A stretch of 44,357 bases of DNA from Gammaproteobacteria bacterium (lineage in GTDB: Bacteria; Pseudomonadota; Gammaproteobacteria; GCA-2400775), in the NCBI GenBank assembly GCA_016765075.1, contig JAESQP010000114.1, positions 1 to 44,357 of the forward strand, in the 5' to 3' direction. The position numbers and the translations under genes are program-made. Shown here in pieces: positions 8,748-20,000 of this stretch; position 1 is the stretch's first letter; the number at the start of each line of letters is the position of its first letter. Under the pieces are notes generated by a model. It did no database searches, had not been told where the DNA came from, and worked only from the letters and a program-made list of their open reading frames with translations.

Positions 8748-9908
8748 TTAAACCTGTTTGGCAAAGTCAACAATCAGCTCGCTGACGGTGTCAATAATCA
8801 TGTCGGCCTCGGTCTGTTGTAATATTAAGGGGGGTAGTAGACGTATAACACGTTCTGCTGTCACATTGATAAGCAAGTGCTGGCTAAGCGCTTTGCTGAT
8901 GAGCTCGGCGCAGGGTTTATTCAACTCAATGCCGATAAGTAAACCTTGTCCACGGATTTCTTTAATAATCGCTAAATTAGATAAGCGTGTTTTGAATCCG
9001 TTTAGTAAATAGTTGCCCATAGTGCTGGCATTGTGCATTAACTCGTCATCTTCGATGGTGTTAATGACAGCGAGTGCTGCTCGACAAGCTAAGGGGTTGC
9101 CGCCGAAGGTGGAGCCATGTGAGCCTGGGCCAAATACCTTTGCCGCTTTACCGCGCGCAAGACAGGCGCCGATAGGCACGCCATTGGCCAAGCCTTTAGC
9201 CAGGGTAACAACATCAGCGCTCACGCCGACACGTTGAGCAGCGAGCCAGTGACCAGTGCGGCCGATGCCGGATTGAATCTCATCCGTCATCAGCAGCCAT
9301 TCATTTTTATCGCAGAGTTTGCGTAATTCAGATAGATAATGTTCGTTAGGAATATTAATTCCGCTTTCACCCTGAATGGGCTCAACCATCACGGCGACAA
9401 CGTTGGACTCATTGCTATGAGTCGAAACAGCATTGATATCGTTATACGGTACTTGAATAAAGCCTTCGACCAATGGCCCAAAGCCTTGCTTTATCTTGTT
9501 ATTACCAGTTGCCGATAACGTCGCCAGTGTGCGACCGTGAAATGCCCCGTCCATAACAATTATTTTTGCATTATTGATGCCGTGATCATGACCATAACGG
9601 CGCGCTATCTTGATAGCGGCTTCGTTGGCTTCGGCGCCAGAGTTACAGAAAAAGGCGGTCTCGGTCGCACATAAGGCATTTAACTTGGTGGCGAGTTGTA
9701 ACTGAGGTTCGATATTGTAAAGGTTAGAGGTGTGCAGCAGTAAATCGGCCTGCTCTTTGATGGCCTGACTAACAGCAGGGTGAGTATGACCCAAGCCACA
9801 AACGGCGATGCCGGATAAGGCATCGAGGTATTTTTCACCCGCATCATCCCATAACCAGCAGCCTTTACCATGGCGAAAGCTGACGGGAAGTCGCGAGTAG
9901 TTAGCCAT
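8748..9908 (-). CDS. argD: Acetylornithine aminotransferase (class III PLP aminotransferase)
   Basis: Class III transaminase motifs ([40 protein letters not shown] with the PLP lysine). Located immediately upstream of argF. I prefer the ATG at 9908 (MANYSRLP...) to the GTG at 9920 in the ORF track. Confidence 0.9.
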   Translation of the reverse strand: MANYSRLPVSFRHGKGCWLWDDAGEKYLDALSGIAVCGLGHTHPAVSQAIKEQADLLLHTSNLYNIEPQLQLATKLNALCATETAFFCNSGAEANEAAIKIARRYGHDHGINNAKIIVMDGAFHGRTLATLSATGNNKIKQGFGPLVEGFIQVPYNDINAVSTHSNESNVVAVMVEPIQGESGINIPNEHYLSELRKLCDKNEWLLMTDEIQSGIGRTGHWLAAQRVGVSADVVTLAKGLANGVPIGACLARGKAAKVFGPGSHGSTFGGNPLACRAALAVINTIEDDELMHNASTMGNYLLNGFKTRLSNLAIIKEIRGQGLLIGIELNKPCAELISKALSQHLLINVTAERVIRLLPPLILQQTEADMIIDTVSELIVDFAKQV

Positions 9909-9947
9909 TAAGCCTGTCACCTGTATATTGATTCCTGTGTTGTGTCT

Positions 9948-9979
9948 AAAAAAAGAAACGGCAGCCAGAAGGCTGCCGC
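9948..9979 (-). terminator. Rho-independent terminator downstream of sodB
   Basis: Read on the minus strand: cggcagcc-ttct-ggctgccg (8-bp GC-rich stem) followed by TTTCTTTTTTT. It lies 40 nt after the sodB stop. Confidence 0.75.
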
Positions 9980-10019
9980 ACTGGTTATCTATTAGCTTAT
10001 TAGTAAATAGCTGGGTAGC

Positions 10020-10601
10020 CTAGCCAAGATTGGTGTTGGCAAAGTCCCAGTTGACAAGGTTCCAGAACGCGGCGACATAATCAGGTCGGCGGTTACGGTA
10101 ATCGACATAATAAGCATGTTCCCACACATCGCAGGTCAAGATGGGTGTTTGGCCTTCAGTCATCGGGTTGCCAGCGTTGCTGGTGCTGGCCAGGGCTAAA
10201 GAGCCATCGCTATTTTTAACCAACCAACCCCAGCCGGAACCAAAAGTAGTGATTGAGGTTTTGGAGAACTGTTCCTTGAATTCAGCAAATGATCCGAAAG
10301 CCAAATTAATGGCATCGGCGATTGCACCCGTAGGTTCGCCACCACCATTCGGGCTTAAGCAATTCCAGTAAAACGTGTGGTTCCAGATTTGTGCGGCATT
10401 ATTAAAGATACCGCCAGTAGGCGCCTTGACGATGATTTGTTGCAGTGACAAGCCTTCGTACTCAGTGCCAGCAACCAGGTTGTTGATATTGGTCACATAG
10501 GCTGCATGGTGCTTGCCGTGGTGAATTTCCAGGGTTTCAGCTGAGATATGCGGCGCCAGCGCATCCAGTGCATAAGGCAATGCCGGTAATTCGTGTGCCA
10601 T
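10020..10601 (-). CDS. sodB: Fe superoxide dismutase
   Basis: ELPALPYALDALAPHIS, HHGKHH, FNNAAQIWNHTFYW, DVWEHAYY metal-ligand motif. ATG at 10601 (MAHELP..., 193 aa) with GGAAG upstream is preferred to the GTG at 10616. Confidence 0.95.
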   Translation of the reverse strand: MAHELPALPYALDALAPHISAETLEIHHGKHHAAYVTNINNLVAGTEYEGLSLQQIIVKAPTGGIFNNAAQIWNHTFYWNCLSPNGGGEPTGAIADAINLAFGSFAEFKEQFSKTSITTFGSGWGWLVKNSDGSLALASTSNAGNPMTEGQTPILTCDVWEHAYYVDYRNRRPDYVAAFWNLVNWDFANTNLG

Positions 10602-10797
10602 CGTTAGAGCTTCCACTTGAACGTTAAATAGGGATTATATCAGTACCATTAGGCGCTCGTCTTATGTTTGATGGGCTGTAGTGGTTACCACGGCTGTGGC
10701 ATGAGTCCGGTCGTAGTGATGACCGTCTGCGATGAGACTTGAAAAGCGTTAGAATTGCCCAATATTTTGCTCATAGCGATTAACTGGGAATAAAATT

Positions 10798-11130
10798 ATG
10801 GATATCATGGGTCAACTCGACAAGACCGTAAAAGACAATGACGTTGTGCTGTTTATGAAAGGCACGCCAACCTTTCCACAATGCGGTTTTTCGTCACAAG
10901 CGACACAAATTTTGTCTAATTGTGGTGCCAAGTTTACTAGTGTCAATGTGCTCGAAGAGCCGGAAGTGCGGGCTAACTTGCCGCAATATTCAAACTGGCC
11001 TACGTTCCCCCAGTTGTTCATTAAGGGCGAGTTAGTTGGTGGTTCCGACATCATGCTTGAGCTTTACGAGCAAGGCGACCTGCAAAAGATGTTGCCCGCT
11101 GCGGAGGCGAGCAGCGCTAGCGACGCCTAG
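10798..11130 (+). CDS. grxD: Monothiol glutaredoxin (Grx4 family)
   Basis: CGFS active site in FMKGTPTFPQCGFS, WPTFPQLFIKGELVGGSDI. Confidence 0.95.
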   Translation: MDIMGQLDKTVKDNDVVLFMKGTPTFPQCGFSSQATQILSNCGAKFTSVNVLEEPEVRANLPQYSNWPTFPQLFIKGELVGGSDIMLELYEQGDLQKMLPAAEASSASDA

Positions 11131-11138
11131 TCTGGCTG

Positions 11139-11762
11139 CTATGTCATGGTTGGGGCGCTGATTTGCGCGTCCCAGCGATTAACAATCTTACAAAACAACT
11201 CCGCTGTTTTTTGTGCATCGTAAATGGCAGAGTGCGCCTCTGATTGATCCCATTCGATCTCAGCCGCTTGGATGGCTCTTGCTAACACTGTTTGTTGGTA
11301 AGCAAGCCCTGCCAGCGACACCGTATCAAAATTGCTAAAGGGATGAAATGGGTTGCGTTTGACACCACTGCGATCAACTGCCGCATTTAAAAAACCCAGA
11401 TCAAAAAAGGCATTATGACCGACCAGTATGGCGCGTGTGCATTGGTGCTCTTTAATCGCCTGGCGTATGGGTTTGAAAATTTCGTTCAGAGCATCACGCT
11501 CACTGAGTGCCATGCGAAAGGGATGGTAAGGGTCGATCTTGTTAAAGGCGAGTGCTGCCTCATCAAGATTAGCGCCGGCAAATGGCTCAACGTGGCAGGC
11601 GTGGGTTTCACCTGTTATTAGCTGATTATCTTCGCTGACTGTAAGCATCACCGCGGCTATTTCTAGTAGCGCATCTTTTTTGGCATCAAAGCCTGCCGTT
11701 TCGACATCGACCACAATAGGTAAAAAGCCGCGAAAGCGCGTCGACAAATCCAGTGTATTCAT
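11139..11762 (-). CDS. rnt: Ribonuclease T
   Basis: DEDDh exonuclease motifs. The N-terminus RFRGFLPIVVDVETAGF matches RNase T, and HSAIYDA is present. ATG at 11762 (MNTLDLS...) fits homologue length and avoids overlap with the upstream gene. Confidence 0.9.
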   Translation of the reverse strand: MNTLDLSTRFRGFLPIVVDVETAGFDAKKDALLEIAAVMLTVSEDNQLITGETHACHVEPFAGANLDEAALAFNKIDPYHPFRMALSERDALNEIFKPIRQAIKEHQCTRAILVGHNAFFDLGFLNAAVDRSGVKRNPFHPFSNFDTVSLAGLAYQQTVLARAIQAAEIEWDQSEAHSAIYDAQKTAELFCKIVNRWDAQISAPTMT

Positions 11763-11778
11763 AAGTGTTGAATCATAT

Positions 11779-12540
11779 TTAATGGCGCAGTTTATAGCCA
11801 CGTTTTAGCATGACTAGCGTAACACTGGCGCATACCAGCATGGCAATAATGACGAAAACCAGGCTATGCCAGGGTGACACATCGGACACCCCTAAAAAGC
11901 CATAACGAAAGCCATCTACCATATAGAAAAACGGGTTCAAATGTGAGATAAATTGCCAAAAATCAGGCAATGATTGAATGGAATAAAATACGCCGCTGAG
12001 AAACGTCAGCGGCATGATAATAAAGTTTTGAAACAATGCTAGCTGATCGAACTTGTCTGCCCAAATGCCAGCGATAATGCCGACAGAGCCGAGCACAACA
12101 CTACTGGTTAAGGCAAATATCAATAAAAAACCGACACTGTGAATGGGTATAGGGATGAACAATGTTGCGGCAATTAACACGCCTAGCCCCACTATCATGC
12201 CGCGTATCATGGCGGCAACGGTATAAGCCAAATACAGTTCAATATAGGACAGCGGTGGCAAGAGTATAAAAATGATGTTGCCTGTTATTTTGGCCTGGGT
12301 CAGGCTGGATGAGCTGTTAGCGAAGGCATTTTGCAATACGGCCATCATGACCAGGCCAGGAATCAGGAAAACGGCATAGGGGGTATTGTCAAAGACACTA
12401 ATACGAGAACCCAATGCCTGGCTAAAGACAACAAGGTAAAGCAACGTGGTGACTACAGGTGCGAAAATAGTTTGAAAAGCAACTTTCCAAAAGCGCAATA
12501 ATTCTTTTTTTAACAGTGTTTTAAAACCGATAGTATTCAA
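11779..12540 (-). CDS. ABC-2 type exporter permease (YadH-like)
   Basis: Six predicted TM helices, typical ABC-2 length (253 aa). TTG start overlaps the TGA of the upstream ATPase (TTGA coupling). Confidence 0.8.
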   Translation of the reverse strand: MNTIGFKTLLKKELLRFWKVAFQTIFAPVVTTLLYLVVFSQALGSRISVFDNTPYAVFLIPGLVMMAVLQNAFANSSSSLTQAKITGNIIFILLPPLSYIELYLAYTVAAMIRGMIVGLGVLIAATLFIPIPIHSVGFLLIFALTSSVVLGSVGIIAGIWADKFDQLALFQNFIIMPLTFLSGVFYSIQSLPDFWQFISHLNPFFYMVDGFRYGFLGVSDVSPWHSLVFVIIAMLVCASVTLVMLKRGYKLRH

Positions 12541-13478
12541 GACGTCCGCTTGCCGGTAAGTGATAAAAACACATCCTCAAGGTCGGCGTGTTCGGTGTGG
12601 ATATCAACGATGTTAACCTTTGCGGTGCGTAAACTATCAATAATATCGAGAGCGGAATAGTGCGAGCGATCAAATTCAAATACCAACCACTGATCCTTGG
12701 CATCTTCAGTGCCATTACTGCTATCGATAAGTAATGCTTGTAAGGAATCGGGCAGTGCGTAGTCTTTGTTTGCGACAGTGACGCGTAATCGTGACACCGA
12801 AGCAATGCCACTGGCGATTAAATTAGCCGTAGTGTCTAACGCAATTAACTTACCGTGGTTGATAATGCCAATACGCTCGCATAAAGATTCTGCTTCTTCC
12901 AGATAATGTGTTGTTAATATGATGGTATGGCCTTCGCTGTGTAAGCGTTTAATGAATTTCCATAACGAGCGCCGTAGCTCAACATCGACACCAGCCGTTG
13001 GCTCATCGAGGACGATTACCGAGGGTTTGTGCGCTAAGGCTTGCGCCACCAATACACGTCGTTTCATGCCGCCTGATAAAGCGCGCATATTAGTATCGGC
13101 CTTACCTGATAGCATCAGAGTATCGATGATTTCATCTATCCAGTCATAGCCTTCTTTACCAACACCGTAATAACCTGCTTGAATGCGAATCGACTCACGT
13201 ACGGTGAGAAAAGGATCAAAGACCAGTTCTTGCGGCACGATGCCAAGGTGTTTGCGCGCGGCTCGAAAATCAGTTTTTACGTCATACCCCATCACCGAGA
13301 CCGACCCACTGTCGGCGCTAGTTAAGCCGGCGATAATATTAATGAGCGTTGATTTGCCCGCGCCATTTGGCCCAAGCAGACCAAAAAACTCGCCGCGCTT
13401 TACTGCCAGATCAATACCGTTGAGCGCTTTGACGCCAGGGAACTGTTTATGAACTGCATTGATGCTAAGCGCTGTCAT
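12537..13478 (-). CDS. ABC-2 type exporter ATP-binding protein (YadG-like)
   Basis: Walker A GPNGAGKST, signature LSGGMKRRVLVAQAL, Walker B VIVLDEPTAGVD. ATG at 13478 (MTALSINAVHK) is chosen because the longer ORF would overlap the aminopeptidase gene. Confidence 0.85.
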   Translation of the reverse strand: MTALSINAVHKQFPGVKALNGIDLAVKRGEFFGLLGPNGAGKSTLINIIAGLTSADSGSVSVMGYDVKTDFRAARKHLGIVPQELVFDPFLTVRESIRIQAGYYGVGKEGYDWIDEIIDTLMLSGKADTNMRALSGGMKRRVLVAQALAHKPSVIVLDEPTAGVDVELRRSLWKFIKRLHSEGHTIILTTHYLEEAESLCERIGIINHGKLIALDTTANLIASGIASVSRLRVTVANKDYALPDSLQALLIDSSNGTEDAKDQWLVFEFDRSHYSALDIIDSLRTAKVNIVDIHTEHADLEDVFLSLTGKRTS

Positions 13479-13488
13479 GATTTCTGCA

Positions 13489-14970
13489 TTAGCGATTAAA
13501 CACTTTACTCTGCAATAAATCGACGGTGAAGCGTACGCCAAAGCCGGTCGTTGCAGTGGGCATATGGGCAAGACCGCTTTTGTTGTTGCTTGCGGCTAAA
13601 TCAATGTGCAACCACGGGACGTTTTTATCAACAAAGCGATTTAAAAAGCGTGCAGCGAGAATATGGTCAGGGCCACCGCCAACGGTACATTGTTTGATGT
13701 CAGCGATTTTACTGTGAAGTGCTGCGTCAAAATCCTTGTCTTGCGGGAAGGGCCAAACACGTTCGCCAGATTTTTTGCCCGCAGCAATAACATCGTTGTG
13801 AAACTCTTCGCGGTTGCTAAAGGCACCTGAATAAGTGGTGCCCAGTGCGGCCACACAGGAGCCGGTTAATGTCGCGTAGTCGATCATTAAATCCGGTTTG
13901 GCTTTGCTGGCAATGGCCAGGGTGTCGGCCAGCACCATACGCCCCTCGGCATCGGTATGGACAATTTCAATGGTGGTGCCATTGCTGGCCGTAATGACAT
14001 CATTAGGGCGATAGCCGTTTGGGCCAATATCGTTAACAGCGAGAGCCAGATAGCAGTCGATAGCGTAATCGACTTTTAGTCGGCTTAGCGCGATCAGGGT
14101 GCCCAGTGCGACGGCGCTGCCTGCCATATCTTCATGCATACCATACATAAACTTGGCCGGTTTAAGGTTGATACCACCGGTGTCGTAGCACAGGCCTTTG
14201 CCGATTAAGGCCAGTGTTTTCTTTGGCCGTCGGCTGGGCTGGTAGCGTAAGTGGACTAAACCACCTGTTGGTTTGTCGCTGGCTTCAAGTACCGCGACAA
14301 AGGCACCGGCTTTTTTCTGTTCCAGCTGGGTTTTGCCATAAAATTTATGTTGCCAGCCAAACTGCGTGGCAAGCTTGCGAATGCGTTTGCGGTATTCGCC
14401 GGGGGTTAATACATTAGGCGGTAGCTGGGTTAAATCGCGAGCGATATTAGTACCTTCAGAGGTTGCTACGGTCTGTTTTGTATCGATACGTTTTTTAAGG
14501 CCATAAATATGTAGGCGTTTCGCCGATTTTTTGTCTTTTTTGCCACTTTTAAACGACGTTATCGGCCAATTCGCAGCATAAAGTGCTGAAATCAGTGCAT
14601 CAACCAAGGGCCTGTGGGCGGCGACAGGCAGCTTTTGTAATTGAATGCTGACGGTTTCGCTGCCTTGAGCCAGGGCTTGCTGAGCGATTTTACGGGCTAA
14701 GCTCAGGGTTTCAAAGGTACTGAGATCAGTTTTAATACGCCAGAATGAGACCCGAGTGCCCTTGTCGTTGGGCAGGTCGGTGGTAAACGGCTTGGTCACC
14801 GCATGACGTTTTTGTGCACGACGAAAACGCTGGGTAACCACTTTTTTGTATGGAAAGCGCCCCCAATCAGTCGGGTTGTCGCTATCGCTAACAAGAAAGG
14901 TCAGTGTGTCGAGCACATCAGCTTGTTCATTGCTGATTGCGCTTAGATATTGTTTTAATTGAATTTTCAT
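13489..14970 (-). CDS. M17 family leucyl aminopeptidase
   Basis: Catalytic-domain motifs GKGLCYDTGGINLK, MHEDMAGSA, HTDAEGRMVLAD, ATLTGSC. Confidence 0.85.
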   Translation of the reverse strand: MKIQLKQYLSAISNEQADVLDTLTFLVSDSDNPTDWGRFPYKKVVTQRFRRAQKRHAVTKPFTTDLPNDKGTRVSFWRIKTDLSTFETLSLARKIAQQALAQGSETVSIQLQKLPVAAHRPLVDALISALYAANWPITSFKSGKKDKKSAKRLHIYGLKKRIDTKQTVATSEGTNIARDLTQLPPNVLTPGEYRKRIRKLATQFGWQHKFYGKTQLEQKKAGAFVAVLEASDKPTGGLVHLRYQPSRRPKKTLALIGKGLCYDTGGINLKPAKFMYGMHEDMAGSAVALGTLIALSRLKVDYAIDCYLALAVNDIGPNGYRPNDVITASNGTTIEIVHTDAEGRMVLADTLAIASKAKPDLMIDYATLTGSCVAALGTTYSGAFSNREEFHNDVIAAGKKSGERVWPFPQDKDFDAALHSKIADIKQCTVGGGPDHILAARFLNRFVDKNVPWLHIDLAASNNKSGLAHMPTATTGFGVRFTVDLLQSKVFNR

Positions 14971-15057
14971 AGTTTAAGGGGCGTTTTTACCTTGACCTGA
15001 TGGATTAAAAAACAGATCATAGCGCGCTTACTGTCATTACAAAAGAAACCTATTTGA

Positions 15058-16053
15058 ATGTTAAGCACCGACGACAAAAAACGGCTGCTGCAAGAGATGC
15101 TATTTGCCCGCCGCTTTGAAGAAGCCTGTTATCAAGGAGCGCAAGAGCGCAAGATTGGCGGCTTCGTCCATCTCTACCCAGGCCAGGAAGCCTGCGCGCA
15201 CGGCGTTTTAGAAGCAGCACGTCCGGGTCGCGATTACGCGATCACCGGGTATCGCGATCATATTCACGCCATTAAATGTGGTGCTGATCCTAAAGCAGTG
15301 ATGGCCGAGCTATTTGGTAAAGAAACTGGCAGTAGTAAGGGCCGTGGTGGCTCCATGCATATTTTTGATGTTGAACACCGCTTTATGGGTGGCTATTCGC
15401 TGGTCGGCGGCCCCTTTCCCTTAGCAACAGGTATTGCCAAAGGCATTCAGCTCAAAGGCGATGACGATATTTCCATCTGTTTTTTGGGTGATGCGGCCAA
15501 TAACCAGGGCACCTTCCACGAGTCTTTAAATATGGCCTCAATCTGGAAGTTACCCGTGCTATATATTTGTGAGAACAATCTCTATGGTATCGGCACACGT
15601 ATAGATCGTTCGACGTCAGAACTTGATCAGTACAAACGTGCTGCAGTTTACAACATTCCTTCTGCGCAGGCCGATGGCCAGGATATTGAGACGGTTCACG
15701 CGGCAGCTAAAATCGCCGTTGATCATGTGCGCAGTGGTAGGGGCCCGTATTTTCTTGAGCTGATGACCTATCGCTATCGTGGTCACTCCATGTCTGACTC
15801 CAATTCCTACCGTGATGACAAAGAAGAGGCCAAATGGGCCAAGCGTGACCCGGTTAAAATTTTGCGTGATCGCTTGATTGAATCTGGTGATATCTCTATG
15901 GATGAATACAAGGCCCTGGATAAGAAACTCATTGCTGAAATCGATGACGAGATTATCAAGTTTGCCGAGGATTCTCCGCAACCGCTGGTGGCTGATCTTG
16001 AAAAATATGTGTTAGCCGACAATGACCCTTACGTAAGCGGAGGCACGAGCTAA
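15058..16053 (+). CDS. pdhA: 2-oxoacid (pyruvate) dehydrogenase E1 component, alpha subunit (heterotetrameric type)
   Basis: ThDP-binding motif GDAANNQGTFHESLNMASIWKLPVLYICENN, YRYRGHSMSD phospholoop-like region. TAATG overlap with the next gene. Confidence 0.9.
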   Translation: MLSTDDKKRLLQEMLFARRFEEACYQGAQERKIGGFVHLYPGQEACAHGVLEAARPGRDYAITGYRDHIHAIKCGADPKAVMAELFGKETGSSKGRGGSMHIFDVEHRFMGGYSLVGGPFPLATGIAKGIQLKGDDDISICFLGDAANNQGTFHESLNMASIWKLPVLYICENNLYGIGTRIDRSTSELDQYKRAAVYNIPSAQADGQDIETVHAAAKIAVDHVRSGRGPYFLELMTYRYRGHSMSDSNSYRDDKEEAKWAKRDPVKILRDRLIESGDISMDEYKALDKKLIAEIDDEIIKFAEDSPQPLVADLEKYVLADNDPYVSGGTS

Positions 16054-17036
16054 TGGCTAATATGATGTATTGGCAAGCCATACGCCGTGCCCACGATGAA
16101 GAAATGGCTAACGATCCCTTAGTGATTGCGATAGGCGAAGACATTGGCGTTGTCGGTGGCACCTATAAGGCCACCCAAGGCTTGTATGATAAGTACGGCC
16201 CTGAGCGGATTATAGATGCCCCAATTTCAGAAAACAGCTATACCGGTTTGGCTATTGGTGCCTCGTTTATTGGCGTGCGGCCGATTATTGAAATCATGTC
16301 GGTTAACTTTTCCTGGTTAGCGATGGATCAGATTTTTAACTCGGCAGCAAAAGTACGTTATATGTCAGGTGGTCAGCTAACCGCACCTATTGTTATTCGT
16401 TCGCCAGGTGGTACGGCCCACCAACTGGGTGCCCAGCATTCTGCGCGTATGGAAAAGGTATTTATGGGCGTTGCCGGTCTGCGTGTTGTTACGCCGTCAT
16501 CACCGAAACAAGCCTATGGCTTGCTTAAATCAGCTGTACGTTGTAATGACCCTGTGTTTATTAACGAACATGAGTTGATGTACAACCTGAAAGGTGACGT
16601 GCCGGATGATGAATTTTTTCATCCTCTAGAAGGCTCAGATGTCGTGCGAGAAGGTTCTGATGTCACCTTGTTTGGATACAATATTTCCGTACACTGGGCG
16701 CAACAGGCGGCAGATATTCTGTCAAAACAACATGGTATTGAATGAGAAATCATTGATCTGTATTCACTCAGTCCTTTGGATCGTGAAGGCATCAAACGCT
16801 CAGTCAGTAAAACGCATCGCGCAGTCATCGTTGAAGAAGCTGAAGCGATGGTGGGTGTGGGCTCTGAAGTGATGGCGATTCTTAATGAGGAATGTTTCTT
16901 CGAATTAGATGCGCCACCGGTGCGGGTTTCTGCTGTACATGTGCCCATTCCGTATAACCACGCGTTAGAACGAGCAGCAGTGCCCGATGCCAAAGATGTT
17001 GTTACAGCGGTATTGGCGTCTTTTGGCAGATCCTAA
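16053..17036 (+). pseudogene. pdhB: E1 component beta subunit interrupted by one in-frame TGA (16743-16745)
   Basis: ORFs 16053-16745 and 16776-17036 are in the same frame. Reading through the TGA gives ...KQHGIE*EIIDLYSLSPLDREGIKRSVSKTHRAVIVEE..., which is the conserved E1-beta junction (GI-x-x-E-[VI]-[IV]-D-L-R-[ST]-[LI]-x-P-[LM]-D). No frameshift is involved. Confidence 0.7.
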
Positions 17037-17096
17037 TCCTGTTTAGTTTTATAGCTGTCGTTCCGCGATAGCCACATTTTTTGAGTAACATTATCG

Positions 17097-20000
17097 ATGG
17101 CCGATCCCTATAGCATAAAAATGCCACAACTATCAGACACCATGACAGAAGGTGTCCTGGTTAGTTGGGAAAAAGAACTCGGCGCTAAAGTCGAGCGTGG
17201 CGACATTGTTGCCACTGTTGAGACCGACAAAGCCATTATGGATGTCGAAGTCTTTAAAGAAGGCTATTTGTCAGGACCATTAGCAGAAGTCGATGCCACA
17301 GTTGAAGTTGGTGCTGCGATTGCTTATATCGTTACTGATGAATCTGAAATCACTAATGAGACTGCACCAGCATCGGGTGTAGAGGTTGCAGCAGTACCAG
17401 TAGAGCCTGCACCTACTACACTATCTGACCCAGCGAATGCGTTATTAACGATTACTATGCCGCAGCTTTCAGACACCATGACTGAAGGTATCGTAGTGAG
17501 CTGGGAAAAAGAGCTTGGCTCGCAAGTATCACGTGGTGACATTGTCGCAACCGTTGAGACTGACAAAGCCATCATGGACGTCGAAGTCTTTAAAGATGGT
17601 TATCTTTCAGGGCCTATGGCAGAAATCGATAGTGTTATTGCCGTTGGCGATGCTATGGCCTATTTGGTTGAAAATAAAAGCGATGTTGAGCAAGCATTAT
17701 TTTCAACGTCATCGTCAGGTGCAGCAAAATCGAATGATGTCTCTGACGCTGTTGTACTAGCCAAGAAGGCAGCCACTCCAATCTATTCAGGTTCGGCCGC
17801 ACCCGCATCACGACCGCACAACGGTAGTGCTACCCCGTATGCACGTAAGGTTGCAGGCGGTATGCAGGTCGATTTAAATCGAGTGCATGGTAGCGGCCCG
17901 GCTGGTGTTATCCAGGCTGCCGATGTACAACAAGCTGCAAGCAGCGGCACAGCGACAGCCGTTTCTGGGCTTGCGCAAGTCGATGTACCGGGTGTTGGGC
18001 GCCCTATGAACGCCATGGAAAAAGCCATAGCGCAATCCATGAGCAGTTCAATTGGTATTCCCGATTTTCGCGTTACTGTTGACACGCAGCCTGTCAAACT
18101 CATTGCTGCGGCTAAAAAGGCGGGGATCTCAGTTACCGTCGCCATTGCTAAAGCCTGCGCCTTGGCAATGAAAGCACATCCATCAATGAACTGGGCCTAT
18201 AAATCTGGTGATCAAATTATTGAACGTGATAACGTCGATATTGGCATGGCAGTCTCGGTTGAAGGCGGCCTTGTCGTTCCGGTATTACGCAATTGCGAAA
18301 GTCGTTCACTAGAAGAATTAAATGCTGACTGGCAAGATCTCGTTAGTCGTTCTCGCGCACGTCGTTTAGCACCAGCTGAATATGCTAACCCGACTTTTAT
18401 GATTTCTAATATGGGTATGATGGGCGTTAAGTATTTTGATGCCATTGTTACCCCGGGCATGGCGGGAATACTGGCGATATCCAGCCCAGGCCCTGACGGC
18501 ATGCCGCTGACCATTACCGGTGATCATCGTGTTGTCAACGGTGCCAATGTCGCACAATATTTAAATACGCTTAAAACAACTATCGAACAACCTGAAACAT
18601 GGCTGGAATCAACTATGGGTTCTGCAATACCAGAAGGTGATTGGGATTACGATGTTGTCGTAATCGGTGGCGGCCCCGGCGGCGAAGACTGCGCGCGTGA
18701 TTTAACCGAGCATGGCTTAAAAGTCGCTATGATCAACGATTCTAAATTCCCTGGCGGTGAATGCCTCTGGCGTGGCTGTATTCCCTCAAAGGCATGGCGA
18801 GCTGCGGCAGATAAATTGCGCGACAGAGCGCACGACGCACACTTAGGCATTACCGGTACCGACAAAGGTCAATTGGTTTGGGCTGATATGGAAAAAACTC
18901 GTCGCGGCATACTCGAAACCCGCGGTGAAATGGCCTATAAAACCGATATCGGTGTCAAAATTAAATACATTCACGGGCAAGGCGGTTTTGTTTCCGATCA
19001 TGTTATCCGTGTTGATAGCTCAACCAACAATGATGACCCTCATATCCGTCCAGATCAAAGTGTTGGTGATAAGGGTAAAGAAATTAGCTTTGGTTGCGCT
19101 GTTATTGCCACCGGCGCACCGCCGTTTATACCGCCTATTGGTGGTGCGGCAGAAGGCTTGAAAAACGGTGGTGTATTGACCTCTGATACCGTTTGGGCCT
19201 TGGATAAAGTACCGAAGAAATTAGTCGTTATCGGTGGCGGCGCTATTGGCGTTGAAATGGCGCAGATATTCCAGGACTTTGGCAGCGAAGTGACCTTGCT
19301 CGAAGCACAAGATCGTATTCTCGTCGAAGTTGAAGATGAGATTGCCAAGACCCTAACCGGTATTTTGAATGATGACCCGCGTCTGACTATTCAAACCTCA
19401 GTCAAGGTGGTAGAAATTACCGGCAAGCCTGGAAAAATGAGTATCAAGTTTGTCGATGCTGAAGGTATCGAGCATAAAACCGCCTGTGATTACGTCATCA
19501 TGGCAACAGGCAAGCGTCCAGTGCTGGAGCCGCTTCATCTTGATAAGAGTGGCGTTGCTTCAGATCGCAGTGTTATTACGGTCGATAAAACCGGCCGCAC
19601 CAGTGCCAGTCACATTTTCGCCGTTGGTGATGTCATCGGTGGTTTAATGCTCGCTCATACTGCCGGCCAACAAGGTCGTGTTGCAGCACAAACTATTTTG
19701 GGTGAAAGAGCTGCTTACGATGAAGCCAAAGACTGTGGTGTCATCTTCTCGCGTCCACAAGCCGGCTTTGTTGGTTTATCTGTTGCCCAGGCTAAAGCTA
19801 AAGGTATGGATGCAGTCGAAGTAAAAATGCCCATGAGCATTGATGCCAAGGCCATGATTACCGGCGAGACATTGGGCCTCATTAAAATCGTCGCCGACAA
19901 AACCACGCAAAAAATCATCGGTGTACATTTCCTTGCTGACCATACTGACACGCTGATTGGCGAAGCTGTCATGATGGTGGCTGGTGAAATGACCTTGAGT

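Noticed and set aside
12521-12811. A 96-aa ORF overlapping the end of the YadG-like ATPase gene, and the 31-codon N-terminal extension of that gene (13479-13571).
   Set aside because: Both overlap better-supported genes in other frames. The extension would overlap the aminopeptidase gene, and it precedes a well-placed ATG that gives the canonical ABC N-terminus.
16743-16745. Selenocysteine or genetic-code (TGA=Trp) explanation for the in-frame TGA codons in E1-beta and the POT remnant.
   Set aside because: I see no convincing SECIS-like hairpin just 3' of the E1-beta TGA. TGA is also used as an ordinary terminator by other genes here (for example at 1697-1699, and for rnfC, purM and the YadG-like gene), with no other internal TGAs in about 45 intact genes. 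A code-4-type reassignment is therefore not supported. It remains an alternative to test only for E1-beta.
17112-17672. A direct repeat of ~225 bp (17112-17336 versus 17448-17672).
   Set aside because: This is the tandem duplication of the lipoyl domain within E2, a normal feature of these proteins. It is not a mobile or regulatory repeat.
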